Positions 55,189 to 63,598 of a stretch of 64,000 nucleotides of DNA are shown here, piece by piece. The translations under genes and the position numbers were made by a program. Position 1 is the stretch's first letter, and the number at the start of each line of letters is the position of its first letter. Below the pieces are notes generated by a model that worked only from the letters and a program-made list of their open reading frames with translations, ran no database searches and was not told where the DNA came from. Origin of the DNA: an uncultured Candidatus Saccharibacteria bacterium (GTDB lineage: Bacteria; Patescibacteriota; Minisyncoccia; Phycocordibacterales; JACOZG01); NCBI GenBank assembly GCA_964460805.1, contig CAYWPU010000001.1, positions 38,624 through 102,623 of the forward strand, read 5' to 3'.

Positions 55189-55419
55189 CTAGCGCGCGAG
55201 CTTCTGCTTCGCCAGGTACTTCTCGTGTGTGCGCCGCTTGGCCACCATCTTGAGCAAGCCTCGCCGTGAGTGCTCATCCTTCTGATTCTTCTTTAAATGC
55301 TTAGTCAGTTCTGCGATTTTCTCATTTAAAAGGGCCACTTGCACGGCGCTAGAGCCCGTGTCTTTCTCGTGGACGCGGTTTTTCTTAATCAAATCGGCTT
55401 TTTTCTTACTTTTCAGCAT
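55189..55419 (-). CDS. rpsO: 30S ribosomal protein S15
   Basis: [44 protein letters not shown] matches the S15 consensus. Confidence 0.85.
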   Translation of the reverse strand: MLKSKKKADLIKKNRVHEKDTGSSAVQVALLNEKIAELTKHLKKNQKDEHSRRGLLKMVAKRRTHEKYLAKQKLAR

Positions 55420-55507
55420 ATATCCTAGCTTAGCACAAGTCGCTTAAAAAAGCAAGCCCCGGCGCTAATTGCCGGGGCCCTGGGTTCTTGCTCGGGTGGG
55501 AGCTCTG

Positions 55508-55693
55508 CTAGCAGTTCAGTTGCTCCTCACGGTGGCAATTGTAGCAGACTTTGGTCCAATTCGCTCGCCCGTTATGGGAGACTAAAATGGTTTTAGGACT
55601 GCCGCAATGGACACAGCGTCGGCCACTCGTCAGCCAGCAGATCAGCCAACCAAGCAAAAGCAGAATGAGAATGAGTACTAATTTAATGATCAC
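55508..55693 (-). CDS. small TM + zinc-ribbon protein
   Basis: MIIKLVLILILLLLGWLICWL TM followed by CVHC...CYNC four-Cys ribbon. 61 aa. Confidence 0.35.
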   Translation of the reverse strand: MIIKLVLILILLLLGWLICWLTSGRRCVHCGSPKTILVSHNGRANWTKVCYNCHREEQLNC

Positions 55694-55794
55694 GCCACTC
55701 CTCCTCTCTTTTCAAGAACGCAGACTAACAAAAGAGCACTGAGCAGAATTTAACACAAGATTTTGGTTGAGGCAAAAAATGCTAGAATCTAATC

Positions 55795-56673
55795 ATGTCG
55801 CAAAATGTAGCCACGCTCCAGCGCGAGTTTCTGGAATATCTGGAAATAGAGAAAGGCCGGAGTCTAAAAACAGTGGCTAATTATGAGCGCTATTTGAGTC
55901 ACTTTTTCCAGACTAGCGAGATTGGCAAAGTGAGCGAGATTACTGATGAAGTTGTCCGGAGCTGGCGCTTGGTACTCAATCGTCGTGGGCAAAAGAAGAA
56001 CACCCAGAACTATCATCTCATCGCTCTCCGTGCGTTCTTAAAATATCTCGCTTGGCGGAACATAGACTCGCTGGCTGCTAACCGGATAGAGCTGGCCAAG
56101 ACCGGCGCGCGCGAGCTGGACTTGATCAGCGTCAACGAACTGGCCAGATTGCTGGAAGCGCCAAAAGGCAAAACCGAGAGAGAACTGCGCGATAAAGCAA
56201 TTTTAGAACTATTTTTCTCTACCGGCTTGCGCGTCTCTGAACTATGCAATTTAGACCGCGATAGCTTTGATCTCAAACAAGATGAGTTCACTGTGCGAGG
56301 TAAGGGCGATAAGGTTCGTCTCGTCTTCCTCTCCCCCACTGCGCGAGAGGCTCTAAAAAATTATTTAGCCAAGCGCCAGGATCTCACCGGCGAGGCGCTC
56401 TTTACCAACGAGAAGGGTGGCCGTCTCACGCCACGCAGTGTGGAACGGTTGATCAAACATTATGCGATTAAAGCCGGTATTTCTAAAAAAGTAACGCCTC
56501 ACGTGATCCGCCACAGCTTTGCCACTGATCTCTTGCAAAACGGCGCTGATATCCGCGCGGTGCAAGTTCTCCTCGGCCACGCCAATATCGCCACCACGCA
56601 GATCTATACTCACGTTACCGATAAACATTTGCGCGAGGTACACAGGAAGTTCCATGGCAGAGAGCGGAAGTGA
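55795..56673 (+). CDS. tyrosine recombinase XerC/XerD family
   Basis: N-terminal core-binding domain (LEYLEIEKGRSLKTVANYERYL). Catalytic RHSFATDLL / HxxR / LLGHANIATTQIYTHV with the tyrosine nucleophile. Confidence 0.85.
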   Translation: MSQNVATLQREFLEYLEIEKGRSLKTVANYERYLSHFFQTSEIGKVSEITDEVVRSWRLVLNRRGQKKNTQNYHLIALRAFLKYLAWRNIDSLAANRIELAKTGARELDLISVNELARLLEAPKGKTERELRDKAILELFFSTGLRVSELCNLDRDSFDLKQDEFTVRGKGDKVRLVFLSPTAREALKNYLAKRQDLTGEALFTNEKGGRLTPRSVERLIKHYAIKAGISKKVTPHVIRHSFATDLLQNGADIRAVQVLLGHANIATTQIYTHVTDKHLREVHRKFHGRERK

Positions 56674-56767
56674 GGGTTGACAAACTGGCCCTATTCGCTA
56701 TCTTGTAGACAAGATCCGAGAATGGCTCGGATTGAAGTTCTTTGTCACTTGTTAAGAGGAAAAAGCA

Positions 56768-57223
56768 ATGTACCGCAACAAAGTCGTGGTCGCTTTTCTA
56801 ATTGTTTGTGCTCTTGTCGCCGCTGGTATAGCCTGCTGGCCTTCGGGCGCTCACGCGGATCCGGGACTTGATAGTCCTGACCAGGCTTTCCTCGAGCGCG
56901 GCCGGATTAAGGATACACTGGTGGAATTATCCAGATCATCCTCGGCCATCACCTTTTCATTGGTCGCGGACGTGCCTAGCCCACGACCAAGAGATCGGTG
57001 GGTGATAAGGATAGAAGCACCGGAAGCGGCTAAGTCGCCGCCCGCTCCTCTAGACTTTGCCGTTGCACTGGGTCGTCTTTCGGAGGTTTATAAAATCGAG
57101 AGCGCGGTGCCCATTGTTGAGACTTTTGGGCTCTGGCGCGGGCGGCGGAAGATAAGAGAAAGAGTCATCGAATCTCACACGACCACTACAGAGATGTTGG
57201 TGGTCGTCGAGTATCCACGTTAG
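56768..57223 (+). CDS. hypothetical secreted protein
   Basis: Signal peptide MYRNKVVVAFLIVCALVAAGIACWPSGAHA. 151 aa. Confidence 0.4.
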   Translation: MYRNKVVVAFLIVCALVAAGIACWPSGAHADPGLDSPDQAFLERGRIKDTLVELSRSSSAITFSLVADVPSPRPRDRWVIRIEAPEAAKSPPAPLDFAVALGRLSEVYKIESAVPIVETFGLWRGRRKIRERVIESHTTTTEMLVVVEYPR

Positions 57224-57260
57224 TTTTAGTTTGCGCTAGAAGTGGTGATTGAGAATCCAC

Positions 57261-57300
57261 AACCCCCTCCTTCCACAGCAAGGCAGGGGGTTATTTTTTT
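57261..57300 (+). terminator. rho-independent terminator
   Basis: AACCCCCT...AGGGGGTT 8-bp stem followed by ATTTTTTT. Confidence 0.65.
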
Positions 57301-57551
57301 GCCCAAGAATAAAATCTTAAGTTATCCCCAGTTATCCACTTTTTTCTCTTGCGCCGTCTTTTAGGCTATGAGACACTATAGGACAGATACGATTTGGTCT
57401 TTAAGACGAGGATCCTAATCTTCACAGACTTATAGCAGTTTGCATTTGGCTATAATTCATATTTTTTCTCCACCAGTGGAGATTCGCGATATAGTCGGCC
57501 GCCACACTCGTTGTTGGCGGTTTTTTTCTTGCCCTGAGCTTGTCGAAAGGG

Positions 57552-59075
57552 TTACTTAACGTGATGCTTCCTCTTGATCTCCTCCAGCGCCTCCCCTTCT
57601 AGTTCTTCTATCTTCTCTTTTCCCTTTTCCCCCAGCTTCTTCAGTTCAGCTTCGTCTAGTTCGGCTAGTTCTATTGCTCGTGTAGCGAGATACTCAGCAG
57701 TGTTTAGCTCCGGCTTCTCTAGCACCTCTTCCAGCAAAGCATGGAGAATAAAGCCGATTTTTGGCCCTGGAGTGATGCCTGTTTCACGAATAACGCTATT
57801 CCCGTCTATTTTCAGCATGCTTACAGAAGTAGGCTGTCTCAGCGCCTCGTCTATCATGGCCTGGAACTTGCGCAATCTATAGGGATTCTCTTTAGGCCGG
57901 CCCATGCCGATCCGGTCGCACCAGCGCACTTTTAGCAAGTCTTCTATGTTTTCCCTGCCTACTCTAGTGATGATCCGCCGGACGGCTGATAATGTGATCT
58001 GCTCGCTATCACTGAAGAACATGTGATTCCGCACCAGAGTAACCACCTTCTCGCTTGTTTCACGTGAAAATTTGAGTCTGGATAGGATATTTTTAGCCAT
58101 TTTGGCGCCTACTATCTCGTGATTGTAAAACGTGAAACCGTCTTTTTTAGCACTAGGCTCGGCTGTGCGCGGCTTGGCAATATCGTGGAACAAGCAGGCT
58201 AGTCTCACTTCTAGGCTATAATTCTTATCTGCGGCGTGTTGCAACACTCTCAGCGTGTGCTCCCACACATCGTAGATATGCTCTCCACCCTGTTTCACGT
58301 GCAACCCCTCCTCTAGTTCTGGTAACAAATAACTAATAATTCCCAGTTTGTGGCAAAGAACCAGACCGATCATCGGATTGGCTGACATAATGATCCGGCA
58401 GAACTCTTCCCGCACGCGCTCTACGGCTATTTCTTTAATTAAATGACTATTTTTAGCCATACTTTCAGCCGTTTCACTGCTCAGCGTGAAGTCTAGCTCT
58501 ACCGCCAGCCTGATTCCCCGCAAGATTCTTAGCGCATCTTCGTTAAATCGCGCGTCTGGATCCCCCACCGCGCGGATCAGCTTGTCTTTTATGTCTTTTT
58601 TGCCGTCAAAAAGGTCAATAATCTGATAGCCAGCCTCTGTTCTGTCTTTTAGACTCAAGTCCAGCGCCAGAGCGTTTACCGTGAAGTCTCGCCTATTCAG
58701 ATCATCTTCCACCTTCTCGCTAAACTTCACCTCATCCGGATGGCGTCTGTCAGAGTAAGCACTCTCTAGTCTAAATGGCGTAATTTCTATATTTTTTAAG
58801 CTATTTTCACTTGTTTCCTCATTTACCACTGTTACTGTGCCGAATTTGTTCTCGTAAAACGTCTTTAAACCCGTAATATTGGCAAAAACAGCCTCTATTT
58901 GCTCCGGTTTGGCGTTGGTGGCTATGTCCCAGTCTCGCGGCTCCCTATTGAGCAATAAATCGCGCACACAGCCACCTACGAGATAAGCTGAAAAGCCGGC
59001 TTGCGTGAGAGCGCTGGTTACACGGGAAACTTCCGGAGGGATCTTGAATTGTTGGAGCTCTAGAGACAGAGACAT
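57552..59075 (-). CDS. cca: CCA tRNA nucleotidyltransferase (polymerase beta head + HD domain)
   Basis: LVGGCVRDLLLNREPRDWDIATNAKPEQ head motif, HD domain (HDIAK), C-terminal extension. Start placed at MSLSLELQQ (59075) because a tRNA occupies 59095-59165. Confidence 0.85.
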   Translation of the reverse strand: MSLSLELQQFKIPPEVSRVTSALTQAGFSAYLVGGCVRDLLLNREPRDWDIATNAKPEQIEAVFANITGLKTFYENKFGTVTVVNEETSENSLKNIEITPFRLESAYSDRRHPDEVKFSEKVEDDLNRRDFTVNALALDLSLKDRTEAGYQIIDLFDGKKDIKDKLIRAVGDPDARFNEDALRILRGIRLAVELDFTLSSETAESMAKNSHLIKEIAVERVREEFCRIIMSANPMIGLVLCHKLGIISYLLPELEEGLHVKQGGEHIYDVWEHTLRVLQHAADKNYSLEVRLACLFHDIAKPRTAEPSAKKDGFTFYNHEIVGAKMAKNILSRLKFSRETSEKVVTLVRNHMFFSDSEQITLSAVRRIITRVGRENIEDLLKVRWCDRIGMGRPKENPYRLRKFQAMIDEALRQPTSVSMLKIDGNSVIRETGITPGPKIGFILHALLEEVLEKPELNTAEYLATRAIELAELDEAELKKLGEKGKEKIEELEGEALEEIKRKHHVK

Positions 59076-59094
59076 AAGAGGGAAACTTAATCTG

Positions 59095-59165
59095 TGCGGG
59101 TAGGGAGAATCGAACTCCCGCCTCGTCCTTGGCAAGGACGTGTTTTACCACTAAACTACACCCGC
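59095..59165 (-). tRNA. tRNA-Gly (GCC)
   Basis: GCGGGTGTAGTTTAGTGGTAAAAC start, anticodon stem CGTCC/GGACG with loop TTGCCAA, T-arm GGGAG-TTCGATT-CTCCC, A73. Confidence 0.85.
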
Positions 59166-59204
59166 AACTGTTCCATGTTATCATAAAATGTTGGAGTTTC
59201 AAGA

Positions 59205-59277
59205 GCTCTCGTGGTGAAATGGATATCACAACGGTCTTCGGAACCGTCGTTGGGGGTTCGAGTCCCTCCGAGAGCAC
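59205..59277 (+). tRNA. tRNA-Arg (TCG)
   Basis: Acceptor GCTCTCG/CGAGAGC (same as the Arg-GCG tRNA), D-arm GTGA-AATGGATA-TCAC, anticodon stem ACGGT/ACCGT with loop CTTCGGA, T-arm GGGGG-TTCGAGT-CCCTC, A73. Confidence 0.8.
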
Positions 59278-59352
59278 TGGTGGTTAGTCCCAGGCTGGTA
59301 AGTCTTTAAAGTCTCAGAAGACTAGCTAATTAGAGCCATAAAATAGCCAACT

Positions 59353-59817
59353 GTGGATAACTTTGGGGACAATGTGCATAAAGGACAGGGACATAAGAGC
59401 CAAATGGCTGATAATAAGGCTAAAATAGGCAAAATTGGCGAAGATCTAGCCTGTGTGTTTCTGGTGAAACATGGTTACACGATAATTAGCCGGAATTATT
59501 GGAAAAAGTGGGGTGAAATAGATATCGTGGCTAAGAATAAAGCTGGTTTGCGATTTGTGGAAGTGAAAACGGTTACTCGCTCTGGTGTTACACGTGAAAT
59601 TCTAGGGCAAAATAAGGGTGATTACGAGCCGGAAGATAATATGCATCCCTGGAAGCGGCAGAGGCTGAGGAGGGTGATAGAAACTTATTTGCTAGAGCAG
59701 GAAGAGAAAGGCGAGATAGGCGAAGATACTGAGTGGCAAGTAGACGCGATCTCTGTTTATATAGATCAAGAGGGGAGGGAACTTAAGATAGACTGGCTGG
59801 AGGATATTGTCTTATAG
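59353..59817 (+). CDS. YraN-family (UPF0102) putative endonuclease
   Basis: IGKIGEDLACVFLVKHGYTIISRNYW...GEIDIVAKNKAGLRFVEVKTVTR matches the YraN pattern. Likely true start is MADNKAKIG at 59401. Confidence 0.6.
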   Translation: MDNFGDNVHKGQGHKSQMADNKAKIGKIGEDLACVFLVKHGYTIISRNYWKKWGEIDIVAKNKAGLRFVEVKTVTRSGVTREILGQNKGDYEPEDNMHPWKRQRLRRVIETYLLEQEEKGEIGEDTEWQVDAISVYIDQEGRELKIDWLEDIVL

Positions 59818-59821
59818 AAAA

Positions 59822-59850
59822 ATCCCCGACACAAAGTCGGGGATTTGGGT
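59822..59850. terminator. bidirectional terminator hairpin
   Basis: ATCCCCGAC-ACAAA-GTCGGGGAT with an A-run before and a T-rich tract after. Between convergent genes. Confidence 0.55.
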
Positions 59851-59875
59851 TAGTTTTTCCATTGGTGCGCGCAAG

Positions 59876-60346
59876 TTATTGCGTCGGTATGGAACCTAGG
59901 AAGCTGGGATCAGTCTCAGACTGTCGGAAAGTCTTCATGCTCATGGCAAAGCAAACTTCCGCGATCATGGCGGCGACCATGTGATCATTATGCCAATCTA
60001 AGCCGCTGACTCCAACTGCAATGCCGCCATAGCGATAGACTCCGCCTGGCCAGCCCACATCGCCCTCCTCCAACAAGTGGGGGAGATTGCGGAGATGGAG
60101 AGTGTCCATCTGGTGCTTGCGTGCCAGGCGCGCTTTGCGATGCGCAAATTTGATGTACTTGTCAGCTTTCTCGTTGCTGAGGTCGCCCCAGGTGGCATGG
60201 AATTCTGTCTTCTCGTTTGGGATGACGCTGATCGCCAATGTCCTGCACGAGAGCAACATACCAGCTCCTCCATCTGATGGGAAAAAGAGAGGCTTGATGC
60301 TCTGTAGGGCACCTCGTATCACGTCTGCTGTTAAAAGTGCACTCAT
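59876..60346 (-). CDS. GlcG/HbpS-like (DUF336) domain protein, tentative
   Basis: GGIAVGVSGLDWHNDHMVAAMIAE resembles the GxIGVSGG...D..CA core of DUF336 proteins. Weak. Confidence 0.4.
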   Translation of the reverse strand: MSALLTADVIRGALQSIKPLFFPSDGGAGMLLSCRTLAISVIPNEKTEFHATWGDLSNEKADKYIKFAHRKARLARKHQMDTLHLRNLPHLLEEGDVGWPGGVYRYGGIAVGVSGLDWHNDHMVAAMIAEVCFAMSMKTFRQSETDPSFLGSIPTQ

Positions 60347-60425
60347 CTTCTCTGCTCCTGGGCCTATGGCCGGTTTGGGTTTGTGAAGAACTAAAAAGGA
60401 AACAACTAGCTAAAGAACTAGCAAG

Positions 60426-60848
60426 TTAGGCTCGTTTTGTCAAGCTCCAGAACTTGCCAGCTTGGAAATTGATGATGATCAGCAGAGCCAGAATCAGGAT
60501 GATGTGGTCGTCTATGAGGAAAGCGTGGGAATTGGGATGAGGGAAGGGGAGTGCTAGATAGTACAGAGCCATTAAAGTGATGCCAAGCCAGGAACTGAGA
60601 CGGGTCCAGAGGCCGGTGATGAGTGAGAGGCCGAGAAGAATTAGACCCCAAGCATTGAGGAGATTAACAATTGGTAGGATGCCGGGCGCGAGGAGTGCTT
60701 GGTAGAAGCTAGTGAAGTTAACAGCGTTGCTGATATAACCAGCTGCGCTCCAGCTTGGGTCAATCACTTTGGTAAATCCAGCGTAGAAGAAAAAGAAGCC
60801 CAAGCTGACTCGCAACAGGAACAGCGAGATTTTTTGTGGCTTTGTCAT
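60426..60848 (-). CDS. DoxX-family membrane protein
   Basis: ISLFLLRVSLGFFFFYAGFTKV N-terminus, four TM helices, 140 aa. Confidence 0.7.
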   Translation of the reverse strand: MTKPQKISLFLLRVSLGFFFFYAGFTKVIDPSWSAAGYISNAVNFTSFYQALLAPGILPIVNLLNAWGLILLGLSLITGLWTRLSSWLGITLMALYYLALPFPHPNSHAFLIDDHIILILALLIIINFQAGKFWSLTKRA

Positions 60849-60898
60849 CTTTGATTGTATTCTAGCACCAAAACAGGGCAGATACTGGGGACATCTTG

Positions 60899-60970
60899 TC
60901 GGAGCGCCGGGATTCGAACCCGGAGTCTTACGAACCCGAATCGTAAATGTTGCCGTTACACCACGCTCCG
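60899..60970 (-). tRNA. tRNA-Pro (CGG)
   Basis: Acceptor CGGAGCG/CGCTCCG, anticodon stem TACGA/TCGTA with loop TTCGGGT, T-arm CCGGG-TTCGAAT-CCCGG, A73. Confidence 0.8.
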
Positions 60971-60997
60971 CTTTCGCTTCAACTTATTAAAAGCGAG

Positions 60998-61068
60998 TGG
61001 ACCTAGCGAGAATCGAACTCGCGCCTCGGCAATGCGAATGCCGCGTCGTACCACTAGACTATAGGCCC
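60998..61068 (-). tRNA. tRNA-Ala (CGC)
   Basis: Acceptor GGGCCTA/TAGGTCC containing the G3:U70 Ala identity pair, anticodon stem CGGCA/TGCCG with loop TTCGCAT, T-arm GCGAG-TTCGATT-CTCGC, A73. Confidence 0.8.
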
Positions 61069-61120
61069 TATCTTGCGGCTACTCTAGCAGAAAGGGGCGG
61101 ATTTTGCTACGCTGGGGAAT

Positions 61121-61615
61121 ATGAATAAGCAAACTTTGGTAATCATTATTATTGCTCTGGTGATCTTGCTGGCCGGCTGGCTCTTGTTCTCTGGCCAGCC
61201 GGCCAGCGCGCCTGAGCAGATAGAGGATACGGTAGCACTAGAAGACCAGACTGATAGCTCAGCGCTTAGCGATGCAACAACGGGAGAGGGGAGTCGGGTG
61301 ATTTCTATTCCAGCTCCGGTGGCGCCGGTGATTACTTATATTGATACCGGCTACACGCCCAATGTGCTACGCGTGGCGCGGGGGACGACCGTCACCTTCC
61401 AGAACGGTCACACGGTGGGCATGTGGACTGCCTCTGACGCTCACCCCACGCACGGCAATTATCCGGCTACTGGCGGCTGTATCTCTAGCACTTTTGACTC
61501 TTGCCGCGCTGTGCCAGCTGGCGAGTCTTGGAGCTTCACTTTTGATCTCCCCGGCACTTGGACTTATCACAACCACGTCCGCTCCAGCGATCACGGGACG
61601 ATTATTGTGGAGTAA
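61121..61615 (+). CDS. cupredoxin-like (plastocyanin/EfeO-type) domain lipoprotein or membrane-anchored protein
   Basis: N-terminal TM, then VARGTTVTFQNGHTVGMWTASDAHP...GTWTYHNHVRSSDHGTIIV with His/Cys positions reminiscent of a type-1 copper site. Tentative. Confidence 0.5.
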   Translation: MNKQTLVIIIIALVILLAGWLLFSGQPASAPEQIEDTVALEDQTDSSALSDATTGEGSRVISIPAPVAPVITYIDTGYTPNVLRVARGTTVTFQNGHTVGMWTASDAHPTHGNYPATGGCISSTFDSCRAVPAGESWSFTFDLPGTWTYHNHVRSSDHGTIIVE

Positions 61616-61629
61616 CTTTATTTTTCCGG

Positions 61630-61703
61630 TGGGCAATACAGGAGTCGAACCTGTGACCTTACGAATGTGAATCGTACGCTCTAACCAGCTGAGCTAATTG
61701 CCC
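61630..61703 (-). tRNA. tRNA-Val (CAC)
   Basis: GGGCAATTAGCTCAGCTGGTTAGAGC start, anticodon stem TACGA/TCGTA with loop TTCACAT, T-arm ACAGG-TTCGACT-CCTGT, A73. Confidence 0.8.
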
Positions 61704-61723
61704 TCTATTTTCTCCTCGTCTTG

Positions 61724-61796
61724 TCGGAGTGCCGGGATTCGAACCCGGAGTCGCCCGCTCCCAAAGCGGGAATGTTAGCCGTTACACCACACTCCG
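61724..61796 (-). tRNA. tRNA-Pro (TGG)
   Basis: Acceptor CGGAGTG/CACTCCG, anticodon stem CCCGC/GCGGG with loop TTTGGGA, T-arm CCGGG-TTCGAAT-CCCGG, A73. Confidence 0.8.
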
Positions 61797-61847
61797 GTGT
61801 GCCCTCGCATCCTAGCATTTTTTCAGTATAATGTCATTTGCGACAAC

Positions 61848-61919
61848 GCGGGATGTAGTATAGTGGTAATATATGCCCATGGGGTGGGTAAGCCCCGAGT
61901 TCGATTCTCGGCATCCCGA
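61848..61919 (+). tRNA. tRNA-Pro (GGG)
   Basis: Acceptor CGGGATG/CATCCCG, anticodon stem TGCCC/GGGTA with loop ATGGGGT, T-arm CCGAG-TTCGATT-CTCGG, A73. Position 32 = A is slightly unusual. Confidence 0.7.
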
Positions 61920-61942
61920 CTAGTTTTTAATTTAAATTAATT

Positions 61943-62368
61943 ATGCCTATTGTCTTTGCTCTCACCATTATCGCCGCCGCCATCTGCGGCTTTGCCATCG
62001 CTTATTATATCTGGAAGCACAAGCAGACTGGTGATAAATTAGTCTGTCCGCTAGACTTTGACTGCGAGGCGGTGGTAACCAGCAAGTATGCCAGCACCTT
62101 CGGCTTCCAGAACGAGGTCTTGGGCATGATCTACTATGCCGGCATCGGTCTGGTGTATCTCGTCTTCATTTTCTATCCGCAATTCCTGCTCGTCTCCTGG
62201 CTCTCGTGGCTGCTCCTGCTCGCGAGCTTCGGCTCTTTTGCTTTCTCTAGCTACCTGCTCTATGTGCAGTTTGTGAAATTAAAAGAGTGGTGCACTTGGT
62301 GCATCTTCTCTTCGCTCTGTTCTACTTTTATCTTCCTTTCTGCACTGGGTATCGTGTTTGTCAGTTAA
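61943..62368 (+). CDS. vitamin K epoxide reductase (VKOR)-family thiol oxidoreductase
   Basis: Four TM helices, loop cysteines CPLDFDC, and active-site CTWC in the last helix. 141 aa. Confidence 0.75.
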   Translation: MPIVFALTIIAAAICGFAIAYYIWKHKQTGDKLVCPLDFDCEAVVTSKYASTFGFQNEVLGMIYYAGIGLVYLVFIFYPQFLLVSWLSWLLLLASFGSFAFSSYLLYVQFVKLKEWCTWCIFSSLCSTFIFLSALGIVFVS

Positions 62369-63489
62369 ATATAGATCCGCTTCATGAGGGGATTGAGTCT
62401 GGTAACAATCTCGTAACTGGATGTACCAGATAAATCAGCCAGTTCTTCTGCTGTGATCTTCTCGCCCAAGAGGGTAACTTCATCGCCTGTTTTCACGTCT
62501 TTGATACTTGAAACATCTAGGATCAGCATATCCATAGAGACTCTGCCCAAAACTTTAGCTTTCTCGCCATTGATCACCACGTGGCCAATGCTGGAGAGCG
62601 CGCGCGGGTAGCCGTGCCAATAGCCCACCGGCGCGATGGCGATCTGGCCGTCTCTCTCCAGTTTTTCTGTAAAGTCATAGCCGAGCTTGCTGCCTGCGGG
62701 GAGAGCTTTCACTTCGCTCACCACCGTTTTCCAAGTTAGAGCCGGCTCTAAGTTTAATTTTTCGGCAAAGCCTGCTTGCACTTCTCTGGAGGGATACAGA
62801 CCATACATGCCAATGCCGATCCTGACTAAATCTAATTGCGATTGCGGGAAGACAATAGTGCCAGAAGTAGCCGCGGCGTGGCGGATGGGGGAGTAGCCGG
62901 CTTGTTTCATTGTTTCAGCCGCTTTGAGAAAAATATCTAACTGCGCGAGCGTCTCGCTAGGGAAAGCGGGATTCTTTGCCGCGGCAAAGTGGGTATAGAT
63001 GCCCTCAAGATTTTCGGTTTTTATTTTGTCTCTTTGCAGTCTATCCAGCACTTGCGCAACCTGCTCGGGTAGGAAGCCCTGCCGATGCATCCCGGAATCT
63101 ATTTTGATGTGAAATTTAAGATTAGGATATTTTTTTAATAAGCCAAGATTCTCAAAATTAGAAATCGTCAAGCTGAGATTATGTTTCTCTGCCTCAGCAA
63201 ATTTCTCCGGCAGAGTATAGCCGAGCACGAGAACGGGAATTTTAATTCCCGTCTCTCTCAGCGCCTCACCCTCCACAATAGAGTCTACGCCCAACCAATC
63301 AGCGCCTAATTCTTCCTGCAGTTTTGCAAACTGGTAAATATCGTGGCCATATGCGTTGCTCTTGGCTATAGCCATCAGTTTGGCTCCTGGTTTTAATAGA
63401 CTTCTAAAAACCCGATGATTATGCGCCAGCTTAGCGCGATCTATCTCCAGCCAAGTGCGGAGGCCGGTTGTGCTTTTTTCTGGTTTCAT
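62365..63489 (-). CDS. alr: alanine racemase
   Basis: PLP-lysine motif AIAKSNAYGHD, C-terminal domain with the catalytic Tyr region. 374 aa. Confidence 0.9.
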   Translation of the reverse strand: MKPEKSTTGLRTWLEIDRAKLAHNHRVFRSLLKPGAKLMAIAKSNAYGHDIYQFAKLQEELGADWLGVDSIVEGEALRETGIKIPVLVLGYTLPEKFAEAEKHNLSLTISNFENLGLLKKYPNLKFHIKIDSGMHRQGFLPEQVAQVLDRLQRDKIKTENLEGIYTHFAAAKNPAFPSETLAQLDIFLKAAETMKQAGYSPIRHAAATSGTIVFPQSQLDLVRIGIGMYGLYPSREVQAGFAEKLNLEPALTWKTVVSEVKALPAGSKLGYDFTEKLERDGQIAIAPVGYWHGYPRALSSIGHVVINGEKAKVLGRVSMDMLILDVSSIKDVKTGDEVTLLGEKITAEELADLSGTSSYEIVTRLNPLMKRIYI

Positions 63490-63553
63490 AACTCAGGATT
63501 ACTCTAGCAGTAAAAGTTGTAGATGTGAAACAGGTGCAGAATAACAAAACATA

Positions 63554-63586
63554 GAAAAAGCCCCGCGGTGTGCAACACCGCGGGGC
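63554..63586 (-). terminator. rho-independent terminator (minus strand)
   Basis: GCCCCGCGGTG-TGCAA-CACCGCGGGGC 11-bp stem preceded on the plus strand by GAAAAA (a T-run on the minus strand). Directly downstream of the gene ending at 63599. Confidence 0.6.
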
Positions 63587-63598
63587 TGGAATATCTGG

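Noticed and set aside
60855-61064. 69-aa + strand ORF
   Set aside because: Entirely overlaps two well-folded minus-strand tRNAs (Pro-CGG, Ala-CGC). Arg-rich nonsense translation.
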